From a virus: a stretch of 64,000 nt of DNA. Of this stretch, positions 27,372-36,575 are shown piece by piece. The notes under the pieces are model-generated. The model saw only the letters and a program-made list of their open reading frames with translations, had not been told where the DNA came from and searched no databases. Every line of letters starts with the position of its first letter. Position 1 is the stretch's first letter. Where the stretch lies: positions 128,261 through 192,260 of IMG/VR virus record IMGVR_UViG_3300017963_000003; one strand, 5' to 3'. A program made the translations under genes and the position numbers.

Positions 27372-27980
27372 CTAGAGGATACCCTTCCGGCGAGCTTCGG
27401 CCAGAACGCGCTCCCCCAGCTCACGAGGATACATCTCACCGATGTTGAGCACGATGTCCACCGTCTCGTAACCGCAGCCCTTCATGTCCTGGATGGCCGT
27501 GATGACGTCCACGTAGCCTTCCTGGCCGATACGCAACCCTGCCGTCTCCTCAGAGAGCCTCATAGGCCCCTCAAGCGGCGAGAGCACCCGGAACTCCCCA
27601 GGGTCCATGTCCATCTGAATGTCGGCCTTCCTGGCCGTCGTGGGCGGCTGGAGGCTGTACGTCGAGGCAAGCTCGGCGTCTTCGACCGTGGTCACGTTCT
27701 CCGGAACCTGGGCACCTTGTTGATCCGCTGGCATGACGACCTTGGACGTAGTGTCGTCGGGGTTCCCCACGACCAACCACTCGTCACCCTCCTGATCGTA
27801 GACCGGCTGACCCTGTTGAAGCTGCGTGGGGTCGAGCGCCTGTCCAGTACCAGGATCGGTCATCTCCTGCGCGTACCTGGACGCCAACTCCTCGAAGAGA
27901 GAGTAGTCCACGGTGCGCGCACGGCGACACAGGGAGCGGGCAATACGGGACGGTGTGGCGTGCAGTTCCATGCCGGACAT
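27372..27980 (-). CDS. Hypothetical protein, possibly virion-associated
   Basis: ORF track; SRIARS and ARKAD motifs; upstream TTTTAGAAT. Confidence 0.75.
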   Translation of the reverse strand: MSGMELHATPSRIARSLCRRARTVDYSLFEELASRYAQEMTDPGTGQALDPTQLQQGQPVYDQEGDEWLVVGNPDDTTSKVVMPADQQGAQVPENVTTVEDAELASTYSLQPPTTARKADIQMDMDPGEFRVLSPLEGPMRLSEETAGLRIGQEGYVDVITAIQDMKGCGYETVDIVLNIGEMYPRELGERVLAEARRKGIL

Positions 27981-28016
27981 TCTACACCAGGGATGCTCGG
28001 AATTCTAAAATTGAGG

Positions 28017-28904
28017 TCAGATCTCCTCAGCCGTGGCACCCATCCGACGTGCATGAGAAGTTACCTTCTTGTCGTACTGCGGGGAATGCCTCCCTGGCCA
28101 GTACGCCCACGGTCGATCCGTACTGTGCCACCTCTCGCGATCCGCCATGTGCTTGACCTGCCAGTAGAAACCCTCCCAGGTCAGCAGATCCTCACGCGAC
28201 CCCTCCACCCTGGCGTCCTTGCAGTCCGCCAGGTAGTAGATATCGAGGGTCTGCAAGAGTCCAAGATCGAACGCACGGAAGTTCGCCTGGAGCTTTGGAT
28301 CAGCCAACGCCTTCACCACGTCTTTGTAGGTGTGCGAGATGGTCAGCTTCGAAGACTTGAGGATCGGCTTACCGCTCTTGGACGTGAGCCGATAGGCGGC
28401 CTGCCGAGGATGGAGACCAAACGCACACAGATCGAACGCTGACTCGTTGGCCATAGTGCCGAAGACACCCCACGGGTTGGTGCGCATCTTCTGCTTCTCT
28501 CGATCCCACGTAGCGTTGACGATGTGGAAAGCAACCTTACTCGACAGCTCGCGCGCCTCTTCCCCAACGTAGGGTAGCCCACAGAAGTAGTACGGGCGGT
28601 TTCCTCTGGCGGTCTTCCACTTCCAGATGCCGTCGGCCATCCTGCCTATCAGGCGCAGTTGATCCTTCGACGGGAACTCCGGGACCGTCGGCTCCGCACA
28701 AACCGGGAAAGGGTCGGGAACCTCCAAACCTGCCCACTCGTCGAGAGTGCGACGTTCCTCTGGAGTCTCGGTAGTCGACTCGACGATCTTCTCGGGTGTA
28801 CTCGTGGTATGGGACTCTTGAGGTCCGGAACTAGCCGCAGCAGCTACGAGAGCCACAAGCAGCATGATACCAAAAATCAAAGTTATTTCAGTTGCTTGAC
28901 GCAT
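28017..28904 (-). CDS. Membrane-anchored lytic transglycosylase (SLT)-like protein
   Basis: N-terminal hydrophobic helix; MANESAF (catalytic E-S) and DLGLLQ (GLMQ-like) motifs. Confidence 0.55.
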   Translation of the reverse strand: MRQATEITLIFGIMLLVALVAAAASSGPQESHTTSTPEKIVESTTETPEERRTLDEWAGLEVPDPFPVCAEPTVPEFPSKDQLRLIGRMADGIWKWKTARGNRPYYFCGLPYVGEEARELSSKVAFHIVNATWDREKQKMRTNPWGVFGTMANESAFDLCAFGLHPRQAAYRLTSKSGKPILKSSKLTISHTYKDVVKALADPKLQANFRAFDLGLLQTLDIYYLADCKDARVEGSREDLLTWEGFYWQVKHMADRERWHSTDRPWAYWPGRHSPQYDKKVTSHARRMGATAEEI

Positions 28905-29005
28905 GAAAACACCTCCATCCTCATAAACGAGTAACCATCCTACAGGACAGAACCGTAGGAATCCTAAAGCTGGGATCTCCCCAATATAGGCGCAATGGCT
29001 CCGTA

Positions 29006-29641
29006 CTACCCAAAGAACTGTTCGTACTGGTCCTCGTACAACGCCGGCATCTTCTCGTAGAACTTCTGTAGTACCTGCAACATGACGCCCCGGATGATGG
29101 GGTGCGCCGGAGTGTCGCAGCGCATCTTGAAGATGTGCCTCCACTCTCTGAGGTTGGCGCCGATGACGATCTCCGACTTGAGCCCGATAGGCAGCACCGA
29201 CCGTGCGTGTTCGGACTTCACGCCAAAGCTGAGAAGCGCAAGGTAGTCCTTCTCGGCCCGCTCCATCATGGACTCCCAGACCCCCTGGTGCACTTCGGGG
29301 ATTCCGGGCTGCCTGATGACCGTGATCTCACCCCCGAACTTCCCCTTGCCGTAGTTGCAATACCGCGTGCTCTCCTGGGCGAAGCTTGCCAGACGGTGCC
29401 GCACCAGCTCATGAGTCAGCCCCCGGTCGGCAATGATGCGTGCCGTGGCGTAGCCAAACTCCAGCATCGCATGGTGCCCAAGATCGCAGATCATGCGCAC
29501 GAACTTGTCCGCAGACTCCTCAGTGATCCGGTCTTCTGACTTGTAGCAAGTGCGGCCAGCGGCCTCGATACACTGCTCAGGAGTCTTGCCGTCCTCGGCT
29601 TCGAAGAAGGTCACCTCTACCGAAGGGTTCACGATTTGCAT
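29006..29641 (-). CDS. thyX: Flavin-dependent thymidylate synthase
   Basis: DRGLTHELVRHRLASFAQESTRYC signature; HAMLEF; NLREWRH. Confidence 0.95.
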   Translation of the reverse strand: MQIVNPSVEVTFFEAEDGKTPEQCIEAAGRTCYKSEDRITEESADKFVRMICDLGHHAMLEFGYATARIIADRGLTHELVRHRLASFAQESTRYCNYGKGKFGGEITVIRQPGIPEVHQGVWESMMERAEKDYLALLSFGVKSEHARSVLPIGLKSEIVIGANLREWRHIFKMRCDTPAHPIIRGVMLQVLQKFYEKMPALYEDQYEQFFG

Positions 29642-30351
29642 GAGCACTCCTTGTCCAGCTGAAGAGCAACGTCGATGCCGTGTCCGAACTCCTCCACCAC
29701 AGTCTGGACGTTGCGTTTCTTGACCGACGTGTTGTCGACCCAATAGAACCGGGTGCCCAGACCCTTGAGCTGCTCCCCTAGCCAGAAGAAGCAGGCGTAC
29801 TCGGTGTAGTCGGTCCCGATGCCGTCGAAAGAGATACGACGGACAAACGTCGCGATCTCGTGAGGGGGTCGGTTGCGCCAGAGATGCATTCGCTTCTCCG
29901 ACCCTACCACCTGGAGACGCAACAGGAAGACCATGACTCCCCAAGGGTCCAGCAACTCCAGGCTCTTCGTGATGAAGCTCTCGGCAACCGAAAACGGTGG
30001 GTTGGTCGCGATGAGGTCGAACTTCCCCCGAGAGTTAGAGAACGGCGCCAACTCCTCATCCGTGAGTGTCATGAAGTCCCTGCCATACCAGAGCAGAGGG
30101 AGCTTTCCGGTCTCGCCCTCACCGGACAACTCCACACCGAGAGCTTGCTTGAACGGATGCTGCTCCACAGCGGAATGCAGGAACGGCGCTCCTCCCCCGC
30201 AACCGGGTTCGAGAACGTACATGGGTGGATTGTGCCCCGTGCAGCTGCGCGCAGCTTCAGACATCGCCAAGGCGCGCTTCACGGCCCAGTCAGAGTACAG
30301 CTTCGGGGTGGGGTAGTGGTCGCGACCACCACGCGCAGGGTTCTGTGCCAT
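29629..30351 (-). CDS. Small amino-DNA methyltransferase-like protein
   Basis: DHYPTP, VLEPGCGGG (SAM binding), IATNPPF (motif IV). Confidence 0.8.
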   Translation of the reverse strand: MAQNPARGGRDHYPTPKLYSDWAVKRALAMSEAARSCTGHNPPMYVLEPGCGGGAPFLHSAVEQHPFKQALGVELSGEGETGKLPLLWYGRDFMTLTDEELAPFSNSRGKFDLIATNPPFSVAESFITKSLELLDPWGVMVFLLRLQVVGSEKRMHLWRNRPPHEIATFVRRISFDGIGTDYTEYACFFWLGEQLKGLGTRFYWVDNTSVKKRNVQTVVEEFGHGIDVALQLDKECSCKS

Positions 30352-30520
30352 AGTTTCAACCTCCTGCTCTTAATATACAAGAAAAGGTAGGAGTCATCGG
30401 TACCAAGGAAGGGTTCACCGCAACGTACGGAGGGCAGTCCGTTGAGGGCCAGACCGGATGACTAGGCCGGTCCTTTGGAATGGCAGGGTGAACCCCTCCT
30501 TGGTACCGATGATTAGAGAC

Positions 30521-31129
30521 CTACTCGCAGTAGTCGTCGCCGGGAGCCTGCACGCACGCGTCCTCGCCACACGGAGAAAAATCAAGAGAGTAGAAGCACT
30601 CTCCGGGTGTCCCCGTGTAGGAGCCTGAAACATCACAAAGCCCCTCCTCGGCGTAAGTCACCAGGGTATCCGGACCCATTGTGCCCTCCCATTCTGTACC
30701 TTGGGCGCAGAAATCATCCGGGGGATCATCGCAGACTACCTCATCGCACGGAGTCTCCTTACAATAAGCGTCGGTGTCTTCCAGAGGTACGCACTCGAAA
30801 CCACAGTCCAAGATGTCGAACTCGTACGTGCACTGACCGTCCGAACACACGGCGTCTCCGGTGTAGTGGATCAAGGTCTCGCTACCCTCGCACACATCAA
30901 GTGGAGGGTCCAGACAGTCCTCGATACTCGAACACGACTGGTCGTCTTCAGTGCCGGTGTCGTCGTCGGTATCGGCACCCCCGTCACCGTCAACCCCTCC
31001 GTCGCCGTCATCTGTATCGTCGGTGTCGTCGACGTCATCCGTATCGTCGAAACCGTCGCCGGAACCACCGACCTTTTCCGCGCACGCACCAGTGCACAAA
31101 AGAATCAAGAACAGAAACAAAACTCGCAT
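30521..31129 (-). CDS. Cys-rich acidic lipoprotein
   Basis: Signal peptide with lipobox-like TGAC, DTDD repeats, duplicated C..PP.D.C Cys module; own TTGACA/TATATA promoter at ~31175-31202. Confidence 0.75.
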   Translation of the reverse strand: MRVLFLFLILLCTGACAEKVGGSGDGFDDTDDVDDTDDTDDGDGGVDGDGGADTDDDTGTEDDQSCSSIEDCLDPPLDVCEGSETLIHYTGDAVCSDGQCTYEFDILDCGFECVPLEDTDAYCKETPCDEVVCDDPPDDFCAQGTEWEGTMGPDTLVTYAEEGLCDVSGSYTGTPGECFYSLDFSPCGEDACVQAPGDDYCE

Positions 31130-31198
31130 AGCTTACCCTCCGTTGTTAGAGCCAGGCGTCAACTGACTCTCAATATATACCACAGCCTCCCCCAGCTG

Positions 31199-31612
31199 TC
31201 AACCCTCTTCTTCCCAGAAGAACTCCGAAACATCCGGCCTGGCGATGGAAGTGACCACGTCCCGGTCCCCGACGGGTTCGGTGACGTCGGCACCAGGCTC
31301 CTCCACCGGAGGAGTGTAGTCGAGCGTACGAGGCGGCGCTGCCGGACCCTCCTCGAAGAGAACCCGGCTCGGTGTCGTTGCCGGCGTCCCCAGCTCCGAA
31401 GTCCCCGCCAGGGCAGCAGCGATCTCAGGCATCAAGGTAGCCTGGGCGTACTCCTGAGCGGTCTGTTCGGCAGCGGTGAGGTCGGACTCCGGGACCTCGG
31501 CCTCGAAGTACAATCCCACCTCGAAGACCTCCATGCGGATCACCTGACCCTCGGCATTCGTGACCTTGACTCCGACTGCGATGTTACGCCCCACGGGCGG
31601 TGTATCTGACAT
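31199..31612 (-). CDS. Hypothetical protein
   Basis: ORF track. Confidence 0.65.
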   Translation of the reverse strand: MSDTPPVGRNIAVGVKVTNAEGQVIRMEVFEVGLYFEAEVPESDLTAAEQTAQEYAQATLMPEIAAALAGTSELGTPATTPSRVLFEEGPAAPPRTLDYTPPVEEPGADVTEPVGDRDVVTSIARPDVSEFFWEEEG

Positions 31613-31905
31613 CAGATGGCTCCTTTCTCGTCGCGGCCGATCATATCACAAGCCTTGTGGATCTCCCTTAACTTCCGGAACTTGTCTTCGGAGTCCAGAC
31701 ATCCTCGACAACGCTGGGCCACCGGCATCCCCTTGAGGACAGCCCGAACACGCAGGAGAACGTCGAACCTCAAACACTTTCCGAAGGTCTTACCCATGTT
31801 GGCAAAATACGGACACAGGTCCCGAGAAGGGGTCATGCACACCCTGTCCCCGCACTCTATCTCGAAGACAGAGAGAAGGTGCCTAGAGCTTCCCATCCAT
31901 CTCAT
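31612..31905 (-). CDS. Cys-containing hypothetical protein
   Basis: ORF track. Confidence 0.6.
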   Translation of the reverse strand: MRWMGSSRHLLSVFEIECGDRVCMTPSRDLCPYFANMGKTFGKCLRFDVLLRVRAVLKGMPVAQRCRGCLDSEDKFRKLREIHKACDMIGRDEKGAI

Positions 31906-32101
31906 CCGCGAGGCGTTGCAGCTCAGCCTGTTCCTTGGCTGCCTTCTTCGCCGCTGCGGCCTCTTCGGCTGCCTGGTGCTTTTCGCGATCCCTGATGTTG
32001 TCCCTGCACTTCTGACACCGCGTCTTGCCGTCTGGGAGCCTCTCCAGGGTATACCAAGGGGCCTCCCTGTTGCAGGTATCGCAATGGTTATGACCCGACA
32101 T
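31883..32101 (-). CDS. Small Zn-finger/coiled-coil protein
   Basis: ATG 32101 with AGGAGG RBS. Confidence 0.6.
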   Translation of the reverse strand: MSGHNHCDTCNREAPWYTLERLPDGKTRCQKCRDNIRDREKHQAAEEAAAAKKAAKEQAELQRLADEMDGKL

Positions 32102-32103
32102 CC

Positions 32104-32313
32104 CTACCTCCTGGGGGTCCTGAGGAAGCCTGAAGCCCCCCTGGACCCCAAAATGTTCGACACCACCCCCGGAGGGGGAGTACTGGTACTGTTGAAGGAC
32201 GCGCCGATACGGTCGAGAGCGCGCCGCTGCAAAGAAGACTTCCAAGCTCGACCAATTATCACCCAACCTCCGATGAGGAGTCCCATGCCGAGAAACATCC
32301 CGAAAAGTGACAT
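32104..32313 (-). CDS. Small membrane protein
   Basis: One hydrophobic segment. Confidence 0.55.
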   Translation of the reverse strand: MSLFGMFLGMGLLIGGWVIIGRAWKSSLQRRALDRIGASFNSTSTPPPGVVSNILGSRGASGFLRTPRR

Positions 32314-32675
32314 CAGTCCCCCTTCCACCGACTCGGAGCGAACTCGTGATCCCCAAGAGCACACAGCTGCTGCTGGATCTCATCCAGCTTCTCCCGCAGC
32401 ATCACACGGGCAGACATGACAGCCTCTCCCGTAGTGGAGAAGCACTCGCTGTGGTTCTTCTGGACAACGATACCGCCCCCAGGACCCTTGTCCCCTACCA
32501 GCCGGGGGCGACCATCGGCGCTCGTACACTCCACGAAGAAGTACTCGTTGGTAGTTCCACGCCAGATGATCTCCGTGACCTTCCCCGCCAGGATCTGCAT
32601 CGGAGGATCTTCAGGGAACACGCCGGTCTGGGCGAAGAAGACGCGATCCCCCTCTCGGGCCTGTCCGGGTTCCAT
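32313..32675 (-). CDS. Hypothetical protein (SH3-like barrel plus coiled coil)
   Basis: ORF track; TGATG coupling. Confidence 0.65.
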   Translation of the reverse strand: MEPGQAREGDRVFFAQTGVFPEDPPMQILAGKVTEIIWRGTTNEYFFVECTSADGRPRLVGDKGPGGGIVVQKNHSECFSTTGEAVMSARVMLREKLDEIQQQLCALGDHEFAPSRWKGD

Positions 32676-32908
32676 CAGTGAAACGCGTCTTTCTTGTTCG
32701 GAGGTACCGCTACCGTGGGTTCGGTGTGCTGCACAGGGACCACCAGAGTGATCTCCTTGGTCTGCGGATTGAGGTTGATGACGGTTCCGGGATGTCGAGG
32801 TACACGCTCCCTGATCCCGGCTTCGATGTACTGCGCCAACGCCTCAACCGCACTGGTGAAGTCCAAGACGTACACCGCCTGCTCCTGGGAGCCTTTCTTT
32901 ATCTTCAC
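32675..32908 (-). CDS. Small hypothetical protein
   Basis: GTG start with GAGGAG RBS. Confidence 0.55.
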   Translation of the reverse strand: MKIKKGSQEQAVYVLDFTSAVEALAQYIEAGIRERVPRHPGTVINLNPQTKEITLVVPVQHTEPTVAVPPNKKDAFH

Positions 32909-32918
32909 GTCTGTCTCC

Positions 32919-33308
32919 TCAGAAGGGGATGTCTTCGTCGTCTCCGCCACCGGCACCACTACCGGGTCCGGGGTGGCCGCTGAGGGCGATCCAGTCTTCG
33001 TCGAGGAGTTTTCGTGTTCCTTTGCAAACAGGATATTTCGTACAACCCCAAAAAAGATCTCCCGAAACCCCATTAGATTTTACCTTCATGAGCGCATTGC
33101 ACTTCGGACAGTGTACCTCTCGATGAGCCCCCTCGGGGAGAGAGGCGGGTGAACTGCCAGCGGCTGCCCTACGCTCTTTGCGATCCACGTAGAAGAGGAT
33201 CAACCTGCCGTTGTCCATCGCGGTTCCAGTGATGTAGATGTCCCCCACTGAGTCCAACCACCCTTGGATTCTGCCCTGGTGCACCTCTGTGAAAACCACT
33301 ACCTTCAT
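32919..33308 (-). CDS. Protein with a topoisomerase C4 zinc finger
   Basis: CPKCNALM...FWGCTKYPVCKGT; DEDIPF tail. Confidence 0.8.
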   Translation of the reverse strand: MKVVVFTEVHQGRIQGWLDSVGDIYITGTAMDNGRLILFYVDRKERRAAAGSSPASLPEGAHREVHCPKCNALMKVKSNGVSGDLFWGCTKYPVCKGTRKLLDEDWIALSGHPGPGSGAGGGDDEDIPF

Positions 33309-33496
33309 GAACCTGCGATCTCCCTGTCGGGGATTCTCTGCTCACCCTCTTCGTACTCAGCCACCCACTCCCGTTGATAGATGTCGTAGACCATCCGAGG
33401 GGGAGCTGAGCCGTACCTCTTCTCGAACTTCGACCACGCCACCTTGGCCGCCCTGGGCCTCTTGGGCGCACTGCTGAATGAAATCAACTTACCCAA
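33305..33496 (-). CDS. Small hypothetical protein
   Basis: ORF track. Confidence 0.55.
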   Translation of the reverse strand: MGKLISFSSAPKRPRAAKVAWSKFEKRYGSAPPRMVYDIYQREWVAEYEEGEQRIPDREIAGS

Positions 33497-33776
33497 CCTC
33501 TATGACTCCTGTATCGATGAAAACCGGCGTACCCTCACCGACGTACGCGCCCGCTACGTTGTAGTCGAAGAACTCTTCGGCCATCTCGTAGGTCATGCCG
33601 TCCCTCTCCATGAGGATCTCGACGCACTTCTCCCGGCTGTACGCTACCACCGGAGGTGCGCAGGCGCGGCAGGCGATCCCGATTATGGCCGCCTCGAACC
33701 CATCAGCCAGGCACGCCTCGGGGTTGATCTCCGAGATGTTCTCCCTGATTATCTCAACCGGGTCAGACACAGACAC
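33489..33776 (-). CDS. Conserved phage hypothetical protein
   Basis: ADGFEAAIIG...EEFFDYNVAGAYVGEGTPVF. Confidence 0.8.
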   Translation of the reverse strand: MSVSDPVEIIRENISEINPEACLADGFEAAIIGIACRACAPPVVAYSREKCVEILMERDGMTYEMAEEFFDYNVAGAYVGEGTPVFIDTGVIEVG

Positions 33777-34050
33777 CCTCCTCCCACATGTTGATCCGAA
33801 ACACGGACTCCTCTTCCTCCGGGTCAACCTCTTCCTCGACTTCGTCCTCGAACTCTTCGCGCTCCAATAGATGAGGAAACGACCAGATGTAGCAACCCGT
33901 GATCATGCAATGGTACTCGAACGTCGGAACCTCAGCCCCTTGAAGCATCGACAGCAGGGGACGACCGTAAGTGCCGCTGACAGAATAGATGTCGGGGATC
34001 ACGCACTGTAGCTTATCCCGTATCATCTCCTTGCTCAGTAGAGGTCTCAT
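33763..34050 (-). CDS. Hypothetical protein
   Basis: ATG 34050 directly after the TTGTATATTAAGA motif. Confidence 0.55.
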   Translation of the reverse strand: MRPLLSKEMIRDKLQCVIPDIYSVSGTYGRPLLSMLQGAEVPTFEYHCMITGCYIWSFPHLLEREEFEDEVEEEVDPEEEESVFRINMWEEGVCV

Positions 34051-34069
34051 GTTCTTAATATACAAGAAG

Positions 34070-34450
34070 CTAGGAGTTGCTCACTACGAGCTTGAGCGGG
34101 GGCTTCTTGTTCTTCTGGACAGCTTCCTCCAGTGTCATCATGTTCGGCACACGCTGCGGCATGATGGCGGGCATCCTGGCGCTCCACCAGAAGTAGGTAC
34201 CTCTGAGATTCCGCAACTTGCAGAACGCCCCATCCCGGACCTGCACGACCAGCTCGCCGCCCTGGTGGAACACGAAGACCTCTCCGAGCACCCGGCCCTG
34301 CTCGTTCCCAACCATGTACTTCCCCGGCTTAGCGGGCATCTCCCGCTGCCAATGACCGTTGAGAAAGCACGCCCAGGCGTGGGGGATCGGGCTGTCCTTC
34401 TCGACGCCGTCCACGAGCATCTTGACTTCGAATTTACGGTTCTCGCTCAT
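34070..34450 (-). CDS. Hypothetical protein
   Basis: GGAGGGC RBS; TTGACT/TATATA promoter at ~34491-34519. Confidence 0.7.
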   Translation of the reverse strand: MSENRKFEVKMLVDGVEKDSPIPHAWACFLNGHWQREMPAKPGKYMVGNEQGRVLGEVFVFHQGGELVVQVRDGAFCKLRNLRGTYFWWSARMPAIMPQRVPNMMTLEEAVQKNKKPPLKLVVSNS

Positions 34451-34508
34451 CTCGCCCTCCGTTTCTGCCAGGTGTCGCCTGACTCTCTAATATATACCAC
34501 AGGTGGCT

Positions 34509-34907
34509 TCAGAAGTCAATCCTCTTCGAGCAAATCGCCTTGACGTACCCACGGAGGTCCTCCGTGAACCAGAAACTCAGAGGACGACACGTCGGAAAGG
34601 GGGCCTCGAAGGCGTTGCAGCCATGGAGGAGCCAGCTGTCACGCAAGATGGCGTCGTCACCCACCGAGAAGGGTACGAGAGGTCGATGAGACCTCTCAGG
34701 TATCATCACCGACAGGGCATCCGGGCACACCTCGTTGGCGAGGTGCCTCAACGTCAAAGACTCCTCGGGGGAGGCCTCTCCGATAGCGACCACCACTCCG
34801 TCCCCCTCCCAGTGATTGTACCAAGCCCGAATGGTCATCAAAGATAGACGTACCTTGGATTCGAGAGGCATCGCCTGCCTCTCGATGAGCCGGTCCAGCG
34901 AAGGCAT
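34509..34907 (-). pseudogene. Shortened, degenerate PAPS-reductase-family protein
   Basis: Keeps PLESKVRLS..IRAWYNHW and GCNAF...RPLSFW..EDL..Y; lacks the SGGKDS loop and most of the middle. Confidence 0.5.
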
Positions 34908-34920
34908 CGAAGCGAGACCC

Positions 34921-35451
34921 CTACCCTTCTTGACCGAACCAACGACCAGCTGAGATCAGCTCACTGTGCAGGTAACGGCCGAAGTGACCCATCGACTCCA
35001 GGTACCGCGCAAGATGCTCCTCCTCGGAAGCGGTCTGCTCGGCCGCCCATCCCGGCTCCCCTCCGGCAGACTCCTCGCCCGCATACTTCTGCTCTACCTC
35101 TCGGATGGCGTCACTGAGGGTAGAGAACGCGTACGAAAACAAATCGTCCCACCACGCCGCGAAATCAGGAGGAACCACCGCGCCCCTGCGCCTCGCCGTC
35201 ACGATCCTGTACGCCGGCTGAAGGGTCAGGTCGTCCACAAGACGCGTCAGCACAGCAGACTCTAAACCCTCGGGCATCATCTCCAGCTGCGCGTAGATGT
35301 TATCCAGAAGCTGGAGGGCCTCCTCGTCGGCGTCTGCATCGAGATCGGCGTCGGCCTGTCTACGCCTCACAGGAGAGGACTTCCCCACCGAGGCTGCGAT
35401 GCGGTCCCAGGAACGCTCGCAGACGTTGAACTCTTCTCTAATACGCTTCAT
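34921..35451 (-). CDS. Hypothetical protein
   Basis: ORF track; DRIAAS and RRRQAD motifs. Confidence 0.7.
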   Translation of the reverse strand: MKRIREEFNVCERSWDRIAASVGKSSPVRRRQADADLDADADEEALQLLDNIYAQLEMMPEGLESAVLTRLVDDLTLQPAYRIVTARRRGAVVPPDFAAWWDDLFSYAFSTLSDAIREVEQKYAGEESAGGEPGWAAEQTASEEEHLARYLESMGHFGRYLHSELISAGRWFGQEG

Positions 35452-35617
35452 CGTCGATCTCCTTCAGAAGCAGCCAGTCGCAGAAGGACTGAAAGTCTTC
35501 ATCGTCTCGTTGACGTTGTTCAGCCGTCATCCCTCGACGCTCGCGCTCGAAAACGTTCACGAGAGTCGAAGGGTGGTTGTAGTCCAGGTCCTCGGTATTA
35601 ACGTCGTCCGGTCTCAT
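35438..35617 (-). CDS. 59-aa hypothetical protein
   Basis: Hand-translated MRPDDVNTEDLDYNHPST...KEIDDEAY; coupled to the upstream stop. Confidence 0.5.
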   Translation of the reverse strand: MRPDDVNTEDLDYNHPSTLVNVFERERRGMTAEQRQRDDEDFQSFCDWLLLKEIDDEAY

Positions 35618-36168
35618 CCTACCTCTTCTCGTTGAGGATCATAAAACTCCAAGAACTCGACAGGTATCTTGCCGTCGAAGAGCAGCAAGCAGTCCCCGAA
35701 TGTCGTGTCGGAAAAAGAGAAGCCCTCTACCACTCCCGACATCGCTTCGAGGTCCACCACGATGGCAACCTCTCCGTAAGAACTACTCATCTCCGGATCG
35801 AGACCCACGCAGGCCATATGGATGTTGGGGTGGGCTTCCTTGAGGAGTTCTTCCACCTCTTCAAACCACGGATGACCGTCAGGAAGATTCCGCTTCCACT
35901 CCGAAGGGTGACCGTACTTCTCGTCCAGGATGTCCTGGTACTCGTACGGAAGCTCGCAGTACATGTACCCGGCGTGGTGTTCTCCAGGGGTCCAGTTCTG
36001 TGTGCCCAGACCCTCACGCATGATCTTCTCGGCGTTCTCTCTCGAAGTCCAGTGCCACCCCTTCCCGTGACCACCGATGCCGCCAGCCTCGTAGAACGGA
36101 CATTCCCGCCGCTCGACCTCTTGAGCTATGCGACGAATACCGGAGTCTGAAATGCCTTGGAGTTTCAT
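35614..36168 (-). CDS. Leader-tagged ADP-ribosyltransferase-like protein
   Basis: Leader MKLQGISDSGIRRIAQ; WHWTSRENAEKIMREGL...IPVEFL (ART/Tpt1/DUF952-like pattern). Confidence 0.65.
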   Translation of the reverse strand: MKLQGISDSGIRRIAQEVERRECPFYEAGGIGGHGKGWHWTSRENAEKIMREGLGTQNWTPGEHHAGYMYCELPYEYQDILDEKYGHPSEWKRNLPDGHPWFEEVEELLKEAHPNIHMACVGLDPEMSSSYGEVAIVVDLEAMSGVVEGFSFSDTTFGDCLLLFDGKIPVEFLEFYDPQREEVG

Positions 36169-36575
36169 TCTTCCACCATTGCAGGAGACCACCAGCGCTC
36201 GATGTCCTTCACCTCTTCTACGTCCGTCACCACGTACCCGTCTTCATCCATCTCAGGATAAGCTTCGAATTGAGAAGCGGTAGGATCAAAGATACTCCCG
36301 TTCACATCTAACCAAGTGTGCCCCTCTGGCTCGGAATCGTCCCCGTAAAGATCATAAAACCCATGATGCACTTCTACGTCGAAACCAGCCGAGTCCAACA
36401 ACACAGCCCATTTAGCAGAAGCCTCATGGCATCCGTATATGACTCCTACAACACCCATATTCTCCCTGACGAAGGTCTTGAGATTGTCACCCGCCAAAGG
36501 AGAAAACCAGTATCCATCAAAAGCCGTTTGAGCAATCCTCCTCAAGCCGGAATCTGGGATGCCTTGGAGTTTCAT
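36165..36575 (-). CDS. Leader-tagged transglutaminase/papain-fold protein
   Basis: Leader MKLQGIPDSGLRRIAQ; GCHEAS...GHTWLDVNGSIFDPTASQF (Cys-His-Asp). Confidence 0.65.
   Translation of the reverse strand: MKLQGIPDSGLRRIAQTAFDGYWFSPLAGDNLKTFVRENMGVVGVIYGCHEASAKWAVLLDSAGFDVEVHHGFYDLYGDDSEPEGHTWLDVNGSIFDPTASQFEAYPEMDEDGYVVTDVEEVKDIERWWSPAMVEE

Noticed and set aside
32909-33073. N-terminal extension of ORF 32675-33073
   Set aside because: It overlaps the convincing zinc-finger gene 32919-33308. A GTG start with RBS at 32908 fits better.
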